Shown piece by piece: positions 46,467 through 56,236 of a stretch of 64,000 nucleotides of DNA. The notes beneath the pieces are model-generated. The model saw only the letters and a program-made list of their open reading frames with translations, was not told where the DNA came from and did not search any database. The DNA comes from Candidatus Thorarchaeota archaeon (GTDB lineage Archaea > Asgardarchaeota > Heimdallarchaeia > Hodarchaeales > Hodarchaeaceae), in the NCBI GenBank assembly GCA_048882505.1, contig JBHLRO010000003.1, forward strand, positions 82,265 through 146,264. The letters run 5' to 3'. Numbering within the stretch: position 1 is the stretch's first letter; each line of letters opens with the position of its first letter. Both the position numbers and the translations under genes were made by a program.

Positions 46467-49346
46467 TTGGGTGGAATCTTAAGAAATTCTTTTAATTATG
46501 AATTATCTTTTTGTCTTAAGATGAATAGGCCTTTCTATGTAAGTGTCTCCAATAGAGAGGGAATAATTGATCCGAATGCGCGAAGTGTTGAATCATCGCT
46601 TGAGGAATTTGGCATCTCTGCCGTTGTTCGATCGTTTTTGATTTATGAAATAGAAGCTTCTTCACATCACGAAATCGTTCTTCTTTGTGAAAAATTACTT
46701 TGTGATAAGACTTCGCAACAGTACTGGATTGATAGTCTTACGTTCCCTATTCAAACGTCTGATGAAGGATTTATTGTCTCCGTGACTTATAAGGATGGGG
46801 TGATGGATGCCACAGGTTTGACTGTGATGGATGCAGCAAAATTCCTAGACTTAAGCTTGCAGCGGGTTCGAACGGGTATTTCTTACTTCATCAAGACTGA
46901 GTTAAAGACAATCGAATTATTGAATACTGTAAAACAATCCTTATCTAATGACTTGATCAATGATGTTGTAATTCACGAGGTTCAAAGCTCAAAAGCGGAA
47001 TTTAATACAATTCCTGTGAGAAATCTCTCCGTCTATGAGTTAAAAACTCTTAGTAAAGAGTTGTTACTCGCATTAAATCCGCAAGAAATGTTGGCAATAC
47101 AGAGATTCTACCAAAACCTAAACCGTGATCCCACAGATGCGGAACTTGAAACTATTGGACAAACCTGGTCTGAGCATTGTGTCCACAAAACCTTTAAAGG
47201 TCAAATCGTTTACAAGGGGCACACGATAAATGGATTATTGAAATCTTATATCATGCAGGCGACTGAGGAGATGAATCCTGAATGGTGCGTTAACGTTTTC
47301 TCTGATAATGCAGGAATAATAGATTTCACAAATGGCTATGGTCTGGCCGTGAAAGTTGAGACTCATAATCACCCCTCGGCCTTGGATCCATATGGTGGGG
47401 CAGGCACAGGTACAGGGGGGGTTCTTAGAGATGCTATGGGGGTGGGGGCAAATCCAATTCTGTCCACTGATTGCCTCTTCTTCGGACCCCTGGATTTTCC
47501 GTATGATCATCTCCCTAAAGGAACGATGCATCCAAAACGTCTTATGAAGAGATGTGTAGCGGGGATACGTGATTATGGAAATCAGATGGGGGTTCCGACG
47601 GTAAATGGATGTGTTGGGTTCCATGCAGACTATTTAGGAAATCCATTGGTGTTTGCGGGCGTAATCGGGCTACTTCCTCTCACGAAATATATCAGAAATC
47701 CACGACCAGGTGATAAGATCGTATTAATCGGTGGAAGAACCGGTCGCGATGGCATACATGGAGTTACGTTTGCTTCCCTAACTCTAACTTCCGAATCCGA
47801 GAAAACTGGGAGCGGGGCAGTACAGATCGGAAATCCATTGGAGGAAAGGAGAGTTCTAGATGCACTTCTGAAAGCACGAGATGAGAAAGATCAACCACTG
47901 TACTCTGCAATAACAGATTGCGGTGGAGGGGGACTTAGTTCTGCTATCGGAGAATTGGCAGCTGAACTAGGAGCGCAGGTCAATTTAGATAGAGTTCCCC
48001 TGAAGTATGCAGGATTGAAACCTTGGGAGATCTGGATATCCGAATCACAAGAAAGGATGTTACTCGCAGTTCCTCCCGTGAACCTAGATAGGCTTTTGGA
48101 GATTTGTGAACTGGAAAACTGTGAGGCAAGTGAGATAGGAGAATTTACTAACAAAAAACTCCTTGAGTTAAAGCATCTAGGAAAGGTAGTAGGTCAAATA
48201 GACTTGGATTTTCTTCATAAGGGCAGACCTTCTATCCATCGTGAGGCGAAATTCAACTTTCCCGATGAAAAACCGGTTCAATATCCATCTCAGACAGATT
48301 ACATCTCAGAATTGAAGCAGATGCTTTCTCACACCACAGTTGCTAGTAAGGAATGGGTTGTTCGTCAATATGATCATGAAGTTCAGGGCAATACTATTAT
48401 TAAGCCTTTACAGGGTGTAAATTTTGATGGTCACGGAGATTCGAGCGTTATCAAGCCATTAAATGACTCCTGGATGGGAGTAGTAATATCCAACGGATTC
48501 AATCCCAATTATTCAAGGAATCCACGAAAAATGGCTTTAAGTAGCATTGATGAGGCTATCAGAAATAATATTTGTTCTGGGGGTCGTCGTTTCAGTCTTC
48601 TCGATAACTTTAGTTGGGGTTCCCCTGAGGATCCCGAGAATTTAGGAGCACTTGTCGAGGCGTGTCGTGCCTGTTATGAATCAGCAACTGCTCTTGGAAC
48701 ACCTTTTATCAGCGGAAAAGACAGCCTTTATAATGACTTTCAGACAAAACATGGCGAAACAATAACTATTCCGCATACCCTATTGATAACCTGTGTTGGA
48801 ATTATTCCTGATATAAGGAAGAGTATCACTTCGGACTTTAAGCAGGGGGACAATTCCATTTATATAATTGGAGACACCTACAATGAATTAGGTGGATCTC
48901 TGTATCACCAGGTCAGAGGGATCCAGAATGGAGTTATCCCTGACGTTCCCAACCCACAAAAAGTAAAAGAGATTTTCGATAAAACGACAGCGGCAATTGA
49001 TGCTGAAATAATACTTGCCTGCCATGATTGCAGCGAGGGAGGGATTGCAATAGCCCTAGCGGAAATGTGTTTTGGCGGAAATATGGGAGCTGAGGTCGAT
49101 TTAGAGGTTTTAAAAGGCGAAGTTACATCAGATATTGAAGCGCTTTTCTCAGAGTCGAACTCAAGGTTCATCGTTGAGGTTGCCCAAACAGAAGAATTCG
49201 AGAACTTGATGGAGGGTATCCCGATTAATCATTTAGGTTATGTCAAAGGATCTTCCATAAAGATCTCAGGAATAAATAAAGACCTGCTAATAGATGTAAC
49301 AGTTAAAGAGCTAAAGGGAATCTGGCAACAGACTTTTGCATGGTGA
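46467..49346 (+). CDS. purL: Phosphoribosylformylglycinamidine synthase II with an N-terminal PurS-like domain fused (PurS-PurL)
   Basis: The first ~85 aa (from the likely start MNRPFYVS at 46521) resemble PurS. The remainder is PurL, with repeated PurM-like domains (GQTWSEHCVHKTF; NHPSALDPYGGAGTGTGGVLRD; GISGKDSLYN). Confidence 0.85.
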   Translation: MGGILRNSFNYELSFCLKMNRPFYVSVSNREGIIDPNARSVESSLEEFGISAVVRSFLIYEIEASSHHEIVLLCEKLLCDKTSQQYWIDSLTFPIQTSDEGFIVSVTYKDGVMDATGLTVMDAAKFLDLSLQRVRTGISYFIKTELKTIELLNTVKQSLSNDLINDVVIHEVQSSKAEFNTIPVRNLSVYELKTLSKELLLALNPQEMLAIQRFYQNLNRDPTDAELETIGQTWSEHCVHKTFKGQIVYKGHTINGLLKSYIMQATEEMNPEWCVNVFSDNAGIIDFTNGYGLAVKVETHNHPSALDPYGGAGTGTGGVLRDAMGVGANPILSTDCLFFGPLDFPYDHLPKGTMHPKRLMKRCVAGIRDYGNQMGVPTVNGCVGFHADYLGNPLVFAGVIGLLPLTKYIRNPRPGDKIVLIGGRTGRDGIHGVTFASLTLTSESEKTGSGAVQIGNPLEERRVLDALLKARDEKDQPLYSAITDCGGGGLSSAIGELAAELGAQVNLDRVPLKYAGLKPWEIWISESQERMLLAVPPVNLDRLLEICELENCEASEIGEFTNKKLLELKHLGKVVGQIDLDFLHKGRPSIHREAKFNFPDEKPVQYPSQTDYISELKQMLSHTTVASKEWVVRQYDHEVQGNTIIKPLQGVNFDGHGDSSVIKPLNDSWMGVVISNGFNPNYSRNPRKMALSSIDEAIRNNICSGGRRFSLLDNFSWGSPEDPENLGALVEACRACYESATALGTPFISGKDSLYNDFQTKHGETITIPHTLLITCVGIIPDIRKSITSDFKQGDNSIYIIGDTYNELGGSLYHQVRGIQNGVIPDVPNPQKVKEIFDKTTAAIDAEIILACHDCSEGGIAIALAEMCFGGNMGAEVDLEVLKGEVTSDIEALFSESNSRFIVEVAQTEEFENLMEGIPINHLGYVKGSSIKISGINKDLLIDVTVKELKGIWQQTFAW

Positions 49347-50074
49347 AATTAATGCGTACACTAGTTTTACGTGTTGACGGTACTAATTGCGCACAAGAAA
49401 CCCTCTACGCACTTAAACTGGCTGGATCGATCCCGACTCTAGCCCATATCAATGAACTCCTAAGAAACAGGTTATCTTTGGAGAATTTTGATGGTTTAGT
49501 AATTCCCGGTGGATTTGCTTATGGAGATCATATTGCAGCTGGTAAAGTTCTCGCGTCTATCCTCCGATATCGTCTTCGAAAGGAGATTTCAAATTTCGTT
49601 AAGGATAACAAACCGATTCTTGGAATATGCAATGGATTCCAGGCGTTGATCAAAGCTAACCTGCTAGATGTGGATGCCACCTTAGGAGCCAATGATTCGG
49701 GTCTATTTATCGATCGGTGGATAACATTAAATCGTGTTGCTCATAACAGGTTTTCTGAAAACATCGATAATCTATTCATTCCGATTAATCATGGTGAAGG
49801 GAAATTCATTGCGACAGAAAAAACGTTAGATAGATTAGAAATAGAAAAACGAGTAGTTTTCAAGTACAAAGAAAACCCAAATGGATCTCATAGGGACATC
49901 GCTGGAATAGTAAACCACCAGGGGAATGTTATTGGATTGATGCCTCATCCGGAGAAATTCGTCCATTATTTCCAGCATCCTTCTTGGACACGCCTCCCCA
50001 AAAGGATCTTGGCAAACGAGGGACAGGGGCTGCAATTCTATAGGAATTTCGTAAGAGCTGGTGAAAAACACTGA
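49340..50074 (+). CDS. purQ: Phosphoribosylformylglycinamidine synthase I (glutaminase subunit)
   Basis: This is a class I GATase with the motif LGICNGFQAL (Cys nucleophile), and the pair HPE is present. Confidence 0.85.
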   Translation: MVKLMRTLVLRVDGTNCAQETLYALKLAGSIPTLAHINELLRNRLSLENFDGLVIPGGFAYGDHIAAGKVLASILRYRLRKEISNFVKDNKPILGICNGFQALIKANLLDVDATLGANDSGLFIDRWITLNRVAHNRFSENIDNLFIPINHGEGKFIATEKTLDRLEIEKRVVFKYKENPNGSHRDIAGIVNHQGNVIGLMPHPEKFVHYFQHPSWTRLPKRILANEGQGLQFYRNFVRAGEKH

Positions 50075-51138
50075 ATACAAGAACAATAGGTGTACTAGGT
50101 AGTCACAGCGCGGAAGAAGTAGGTATAAGTGCCAGTTCAAATGGTTTTGACACCCTAGTAGTGTGCCAGAAAGGCCGAGAACAATTTTACACGCAATATA
50201 ACGCTTTTCTTTTCGGTCACCAATTGATTCTCCAAAAATTCCAAGATCTCACTCGCCCAAAAAATATCAGGAAACTGCAGGAAAAAAACGTGGTCTGGTT
50301 TCCTAACAGATCATTTTCCGTTTATTTGGATTTGGAAAGCATTGAGAATGATTTTCCCATTCCAATCTATGGCAGTCGGAACTTACTCGGTATTGAAGAC
50401 CGTCGGATTCAGTACAAATTGTTAGATCAAGCAAAGATACGCAGACCTCAAGAATTTGAAAATCCAGATGATGTGGATCGGCTTGCGATAGTCAAAGTAC
50501 AACAAAAAAGCAATCCTCTTGAACGAGCTTTCTTTTACATTAGTTCTCCAGACGAATACGACCAGAAAAGCAAACACCTGATAAAACAAGATATCATTGA
50601 TGAATCAGCTCTTACTGAATCAATTATAGAGGAATTCGTGATTGGTCCGCGCTTCAATGCGAATTTTCAGTCGTACGGATTATCAGATGAGTTTGGTAAG
50701 TTTGATTTCGTGGGCTTTGACGATAGAATTCAAACTAATTTGAGTGGCCTGCTCAATTTGCCCGCACACGATCAGCTAGGTCTCAATGTCCCTATTACCA
50801 ATGAGGAAATCGGACACAAAGGTGTAACAATGCGGGAATCAAAGAAACCATTAGTATATGAAGCTGCCAAACGCTTTATTGAAACCACACAGCGTACTCA
50901 TCCACCTGGTATAATTGGATTGTTTGCCCTTCAAGGCGCAATCACAAAAGAAAGCGACTTCATCGTTTTTGATGTCTCCCCACGCATTCCAGGCTCACCT
51001 TGCCTGGGTCCCACAAGTCCAGAAATGAGAAGACTCCGGTTGAAGTACAATCAGGATATTTTTTCTCCCCTGGATCTTTGCATGATGGAATTGAGAAAAG
51101 CAATAGACACTGAAAGGCTCGGCGAGGTGACCACATGA
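50071..51138 (+). CDS. purP: FAICAR synthetase PurP paralog (ATP-grasp), N-terminus unresolved
   Basis: The tracked ORF begins at GTG 50161. The conserved PurP N-terminus IGVLGSHSAEEVG is encoded in frame upstream, at 50083-50121, with no ATG/GTG/TTG start before it. The downstream ATP-grasp region is similar to the adjacent purP. Confidence 0.6.
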   Translation: MNTRTIGVLGSHSAEEVGISASSNGFDTLVVCQKGREQFYTQYNAFLFGHQLILQKFQDLTRPKNIRKLQEKNVVWFPNRSFSVYLDLESIENDFPIPIYGSRNLLGIEDRRIQYKLLDQAKIRRPQEFENPDDVDRLAIVKVQQKSNPLERAFFYISSPDEYDQKSKHLIKQDIIDESALTESIIEEFVIGPRFNANFQSYGLSDEFGKFDFVGFDDRIQTNLSGLLNLPAHDQLGLNVPITNEEIGHKGVTMRESKKPLVYEAAKRFIETTQRTHPPGIIGLFALQGAITKESDFIVFDVSPRIPGSPCLGPTSPEMRRLRLKYNQDIFSPLDLCMMELRKAIDTERLGEVTT

Positions 51139-52157
51139 GTCTCCTCATGGATTATAACATTGACGATATTATCATAGGTACAGTATGCAGCCATTCAGCT
51201 CTTCAAATATTCCACGGGGCCAGGTTGGAAGGTTTTCGTACAATTGGACTTACTCTCCCTCAGCGCAAGACGCTTTACGAAGCTTTCCCTTTAGCAGGTC
51301 CCGATACATTATTGGAGATAAGTTCTTGGGATGAAGTGACCAACCAAGAGGTTGAAGATCAACTGATACATGGAAACGTGATAATAATCCCTCATGGAAG
51401 CTTTGTTGAATACGTTGGCGTGAACAAAATCCTCCATACCTTCCGAGTTCCTGTTTTTGGAAATAAAGCTAGCTTAGAATGGGAGAGCTCACGAAAAAAA
51501 GTAGATACGTGGATGCGGACAGCTGGGTTAAGGGTTCCGGATTATAAACAACCTGACGAAATTGATAGTTTGTGTATAGTGAAAATGGGAGGTGCCAAAG
51601 GAGGAAAAGGGTTTTTCCTGATACATAATGAAGCTGAACTATATGAGGGACTAGGTGGTAAAGATCCTAATACCGTTGTCATTCAGGAGTATATTGTTGG
51701 AGTACGATATTATTTTCACTATTTTCATTCATTAGCACGGAATCGAGTTGAATTTCTCGGAATTGATCAACGCTTGGAAAGTAACGTTGATGGCCTGCAT
51801 AGAATTAAAGAACGGATAGAACCTACGTACACCGTAACAGGTAATGCACCAGTGGTGATTCGAGAATCATTACTACCTGAAATCATAGAAATGGGGGAAA
51901 AGGTGGTGGCCTCTTCTAAGCAATTATTCCCTCCTGGAATATCTGGCCCATTCTGTATCGAAACGATTTGTACACCTGAGTTAGAGTTCTTTGCATTTGA
52001 AATTAGTGCCCGAATCGTTGCAGGTACAAATCTTTATCCGAATGGAAGTCAGTATTCATGCTATTACTTTACGGAGCCCATGAGTACTGGCAGACGTATT
52101 TCCAGAGAAATAAATGAAGCCCGTGATAAGGGGATATTGGAGGAGGTAGTTTCGTGA
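51135..52157 (+). CDS. purP: 5-formaminoimidazole-4-carboxamide ribonucleotide (FAICAR) synthetase, formate-dependent, archaeal
   Basis: The N-terminus IIIGTVCSHSALQIFHGARLEGFRTIG matches the PurP signature, an ATP-grasp C-terminus follows, and the protein is 340 aa. Confidence 0.8.
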   Translation: MSLLMDYNIDDIIIGTVCSHSALQIFHGARLEGFRTIGLTLPQRKTLYEAFPLAGPDTLLEISSWDEVTNQEVEDQLIHGNVIIIPHGSFVEYVGVNKILHTFRVPVFGNKASLEWESSRKKVDTWMRTAGLRVPDYKQPDEIDSLCIVKMGGAKGGKGFFLIHNEAELYEGLGGKDPNTVVIQEYIVGVRYYFHYFHSLARNRVEFLGIDQRLESNVDGLHRIKERIEPTYTVTGNAPVVIRESLLPEIIEMGEKVVASSKQLFPPGISGPFCIETICTPELEFFAFEISARIVAGTNLYPNGSQYSCYYFTEPMSTGRRISREINEARDKGILEEVVS

Positions 52158-53683
52158 TCATTGTTGTGGATTTTGGAAGTCAGGTTGCTCATCTTATCAG
52201 CCGTAGAATAAGAGAGCTACGTGTATATTCTGAGCTGGTTCCCCCTTCCATAGGTCCAAAAGAAATTCAAGAATTAAATCCATGCGGCATTATTTTATCT
52301 GGAGGCCCGAGTTCTGTATATGCCTCTAGTGCTCCACAAATTAATCCAGAAATATTTGAGTTGGATATTCCCACTCTTGGAATTTGCTACGGACATCAGT
52401 TAATTGCGAAGGAATTGGGAGGTACAGTTTCAAAAGGAAAAGGGGAATATGGTGAGACTTTGATTTCAATACAACCACTAGATTCGGAACTCCTGAAAAG
52501 GTACGCTAGCAAAGAATCTCAAGAGATAGTTTGGATGAGCCATTCTGATTTCGTCGAAACATTGCCCCCGGGTTTTCAAACCACTTCTATATCAGAGAAT
52601 AACTATATTTCCAGCATGGAAAATCCATCTCGTTCGATTTATACTCTTCAGTTTCATCCTGAAGTTGCTCACACCCCGAATGGAATGCAAATCCTGGATA
52701 ATTTTCTGACATTAACGGGTTGTAAGCGAGACTGGAATTTGGAAGATTTCATCAATGAAAAGGTTCAGGAAATTAGACTAGTCGTCGGAGATGCAAAAGT
52801 ACTAATGGGGGTAAGTGGAGGAGTGGATTCCACTGTCGCCGCTGAGTTGATTAGGAAAGCAATTGGCCCACAGTTGTATTGTGTCTTTTTGGACAATGGA
52901 CTCCTCCGTATGAATGAATTTGAGGAAGTATGTGCTTTCTTTGACCAATCAGATTACAACTTTTATGCTTACAACGTGTCAAACATCTTTCTCTCTCGGT
53001 TAACGGACATTTGTGACCCGGAAGAAAAAAGAAGAATCATTGGAAACACATTCATTGAAGTATTCGAGGAAAAGGCCAAATTACTTGGTAATTTTGACTT
53101 TCTTGGGCAAGGAACTATCTATCCTGATCGAATTGAAAGTGCTCAACCTTCCTCTCGGGCTTCAGTAATAAAAACGCATCACAATGTAGGCGGGCTTCCA
53201 GAGAAAATGGCCCTCGATTTGTTGGAACCGCTAAAGGACCTGTATAAGGATGAAGTTAGACGAATAGGAAAATTACTAAAGATTCCAAATGATCTGATAG
53301 GCCGTCATCCTTTTCCTGGACCTGGACTTGCAGTTAGAGTGGTAGGTGAAATCACAAAAGATCGATTGCAAATTGTCAGGGAAAGCGATCAGATCTTAGT
53401 CGAAGAATTAAAAAAAGCTGGGTTTTATTCTGGTTTGTGGCAATCATTTACAGCCTTTCTGGGCATAAAGACTGTTGGTGTTATGGGAGATGCAAGATCT
53501 TACCAATATCCAGTTGTAATCAGAGCAGTAGAAAGTACCGATGGTATGACCGCTAATACAGCAGACATTTCCGTGAATACTCTCAAAAAGATCGCTTCAA
53601 GGATAACCAACGAGGTAGACGGCGTAAATCGCGTATTTTTTGATTTAACAGACAAACCACCTGCGACCATAGAATACGAATAA
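52154..53683 (+). CDS. guaA: GMP synthase (glutamine-hydrolysing), fused GATase + ATP-pyrophosphatase subunits
   Basis: A GATase domain (GICYGHQL, Cys nucleophile) is followed by the PP-loop SGGVDSTV and the C-terminal dimerisation domain. The gene starts at a GTG, and the protein is 509 aa. Confidence 0.9.
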   Translation: MIIVVDFGSQVAHLISRRIRELRVYSELVPPSIGPKEIQELNPCGIILSGGPSSVYASSAPQINPEIFELDIPTLGICYGHQLIAKELGGTVSKGKGEYGETLISIQPLDSELLKRYASKESQEIVWMSHSDFVETLPPGFQTTSISENNYISSMENPSRSIYTLQFHPEVAHTPNGMQILDNFLTLTGCKRDWNLEDFINEKVQEIRLVVGDAKVLMGVSGGVDSTVAAELIRKAIGPQLYCVFLDNGLLRMNEFEEVCAFFDQSDYNFYAYNVSNIFLSRLTDICDPEEKRRIIGNTFIEVFEEKAKLLGNFDFLGQGTIYPDRIESAQPSSRASVIKTHHNVGGLPEKMALDLLEPLKDLYKDEVRRIGKLLKIPNDLIGRHPFPGPGLAVRVVGEITKDRLQIVRESDQILVEELKKAGFYSGLWQSFTAFLGIKTVGVMGDARSYQYPVVIRAVESTDGMTANTADISVNTLKKIASRITNEVDGVNRVFFDLTDKPPATIEYE

Positions 53684-53717
53684 ACCAAAGGAAGGAGACA
53701 AGATCCAAAAGTTTTAC

Positions 53718-54617
53718 TTGGCCATTTGCCTGGATATTGATAGAGATGCTCCATTTCCAATAAAAGGAGTATCTCATGGAGTTTCCCTTCCTTTTCACAA
53801 CAGAACATCGAATATTTGGGCCAATCCCGCCAATTATCTCCTCAAAGGTACCATTCAGGGTTTAAAAGAGCTGGTCGAGTTATTCCAAGATAATTCTTGG
53901 CCTGCAAATCTTTTTTTTGAAGCCAGCATAATTAATGAACTTGCTATTGCTGTACCTCAGTTATCTGATTTTATTAGACGGTATCCGAACGATTTAGGGA
54001 TTCATGGTCTTTACCACGAGGACCTTTCTGGAGAAGAAACTGGTGTCTTTTTCTCGAAGAACCAAGAGGCCAAATTAATATCCGCTGCAATTAAGCTTGT
54101 CTTTAACCTGTTTAAACGCCGACCCATAGGTTTCCGGGCTCCATACCTACATCTCAGTCCTCATACTCACGATATTCTCATAAATCAGGGTTTTCTGTAT
54201 GATTCCTCACAGATAAAAACAACCGATTCTGTTCCCCAGATCTATAGGTTACAAGGTTCGCACGGAACCTTATTTGAAGTTCCTATCGTGCGATACCTGA
54301 CAAAGGACTCGCCTTTCGTTTCCTACTTTTGGTCATTATTTGAAAGGAGTAGATCTTCCGACGAAATAACTGAAATAATCAAAACTATCATTAGAAGATC
54401 TATATCAGTCAAAAACAACACTAAACTTCCCCGTGTGTTAACTTTAAACCTTCACCCTTGGCATTTGGCATTTTCAGTAAAGAATAAGGCCTATTTTACG
54501 GAGGAGGAGTTCAAGACTAATAGGAAGGATTTATTTTTGATACTAAAATCCCTCGAAGAATGGGGAAAAACGGAATTTACCACGCTCTCCGAAATCGTCC
54601 CCCTAACAGATAGCTAG
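53718..54617 (+). CDS. Polysaccharide deacetylase (NodB/CE4)-like protein
   Basis: The pattern is CE4-like: MAICLDIDRD (Asp-Asp metal motif), GIHGLYHED and FRAPYLHLS. Confidence 0.45.
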   Translation: MAICLDIDRDAPFPIKGVSHGVSLPFHNRTSNIWANPANYLLKGTIQGLKELVELFQDNSWPANLFFEASIINELAIAVPQLSDFIRRYPNDLGIHGLYHEDLSGEETGVFFSKNQEAKLISAAIKLVFNLFKRRPIGFRAPYLHLSPHTHDILINQGFLYDSSQIKTTDSVPQIYRLQGSHGTLFEVPIVRYLTKDSPFVSYFWSLFERSRSSDEITEIIKTIIRRSISVKNNTKLPRVLTLNLHPWHLAFSVKNKAYFTEEEFKTNRKDLFLILKSLEEWGKTEFTTLSEIVPLTDS

Positions 54618-54633
54618 TATATGAGATCTCGCA

Positions 54634-56106
54634 ATGGTAAACACAGGTATGGAACAAAACTCTAAATACTCTGTCATTATTGTCGGTTGTGGCCCTGCAG
54701 GCATATTCTCGGCCTTAGAACTTGTTAAGACGCTAGGCAAACCACACAAGATTCTTATGATAGACAGTGGCCCCAGAATTGCTGAAAGGATACATAATCG
54801 TAAAAGAGAAGTCATGCAAGGTTGGGGTGGTGCTGGTTCTTTCTCTGACGGAAAACTCACTCTCTCACCTCAAATTGGTGGTTATTTATCAGCGATTATC
54901 TCATTAACCAGCTTGGAACAGTATCTCCAGGTCGTTGAGGAGACATATGTTAAGTTTGGAGCATCAAGGGACCGTCTAGTAACTGGACGCGGGGATGCGA
55001 TTGAAACAATTAGAAAGAAAGCTCTCCAATTCGGAATGTCGTTGATCCCATATAGACTCTTACACATTGGAACGGATCAGATCGAGAAGATTGTTCATTC
55101 AATGTATGATCACTTGGATAACTCTGGATTAGTAGAAGTACGCTTCAGAGAAACAGCCAAAGAATTGCTGGTAGATGACGGCCATATCAGAGGAGTGCGG
55201 ACTGATAAAGGGATTTATCATGGAGATTTTGTAATTGTTGCGACAGGACGATCTGGAGCAGCTTGGCTTCGCAGGGAATCCATTCGATTGAATTTGTCGA
55301 TTCAGAATAATCCCGTGGATATTGGGGTGCGTGTTGAAGTGCCGGCTGAAATAACGGCCCCCCTGACCGACCTTCTGTATGAATTTAAATGTCTATACTA
55401 TGCACCCACATTTGAACAGAGATGTAGAACGTTTTGCGTATGCCCTAACGGAGAAGTTGTTAAGGAATTTGTGAAAGACCCAGATACGAACGATACTTGG
55501 ATAACTTGTAATGGGCATTCTTATTCCGATCCTGCAAAATCGACTCCAAATACAAACTTTGCCCTCCTTGTCAGTAGCCGGTTTACTGAACCTTTTGACG
55601 ATCCACTTGCGTATGGACGATCGATCAGTAAGCTTGCGAATCTTCTAACTGGTGCCAGCCCAGATCAACCTGGGACAGTTATCATACAACGCCTTGAGGA
55701 TCTGAAGAAAGGCCGTAGATCTAATTATGAGCGAATTAAACGTTCCACGATTGAACCTACTTTGAAGGAAGCAATTCCTGGGGATCTCTCATTCGTGCTG
55801 CCCTATCGCCACCTGCAATCTATTTTGGAAATGTTGCAAGCTTTAGATCATATAATACCCGGAGTGAACTCCAGCAATACGCTCCTCTACGGTGTCGAGA
55901 CCAAATACTACAGTACTCAGATCCGACTTACGGATGAGCTTGAAACGGAAATAAGTGGTCTGTATACTATTGGAGACGGAGCTGGGGTTACCCGTTCGTT
56001 AGCACAAGCGAGCGTGTCTGGATTGGTCGCCGCGCGCTCCATTTTAAGTAGAATAGAAGAAGAATTGTCACTGAAGCAAAAAATTAGAGTATCAGGAACA
56101 AATTAG
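54634..56106 (+). CDS. FAD-dependent dehydrogenase (COG2509-like)
   Basis: The N-terminal FAD Rossmann motif is YSVIIVGCGPAGIFSA and the C-terminal motif is YTIGDGAGVTRSLAQASVSG. Confidence 0.65.
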   Translation: MVNTGMEQNSKYSVIIVGCGPAGIFSALELVKTLGKPHKILMIDSGPRIAERIHNRKREVMQGWGGAGSFSDGKLTLSPQIGGYLSAIISLTSLEQYLQVVEETYVKFGASRDRLVTGRGDAIETIRKKALQFGMSLIPYRLLHIGTDQIEKIVHSMYDHLDNSGLVEVRFRETAKELLVDDGHIRGVRTDKGIYHGDFVIVATGRSGAAWLRRESIRLNLSIQNNPVDIGVRVEVPAEITAPLTDLLYEFKCLYYAPTFEQRCRTFCVCPNGEVVKEFVKDPDTNDTWITCNGHSYSDPAKSTPNTNFALLVSSRFTEPFDDPLAYGRSISKLANLLTGASPDQPGTVIIQRLEDLKKGRRSNYERIKRSTIEPTLKEAIPGDLSFVLPYRHLQSILEMLQALDHIIPGVNSSNTLLYGVETKYYSTQIRLTDELETEISGLYTIGDGAGVTRSLAQASVSGLVAARSILSRIEEELSLKQKIRVSGTN

Positions 56107-56236
56107 ATGTTAATTGGAAGCAAATTATAGGATAATATTTGGGAATTCCTAGGGAGAGTATTTGACTCCAAAACCCTAATTCGTTTTGGTTTACTACCAG
56201 CTCTCGTGTTGCTGAACTATTTCCCGTGTTTCTCTT

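Noticed and set aside
53718-54617. Possibility that this gene is the missing archaeal IMP cyclohydrolase PurO
   Set aside because: PurO is a ~200-aa Ntn-hydrolase-fold protein. This 299-aa protein instead shows NodB/CE4-like deacetylase motifs.
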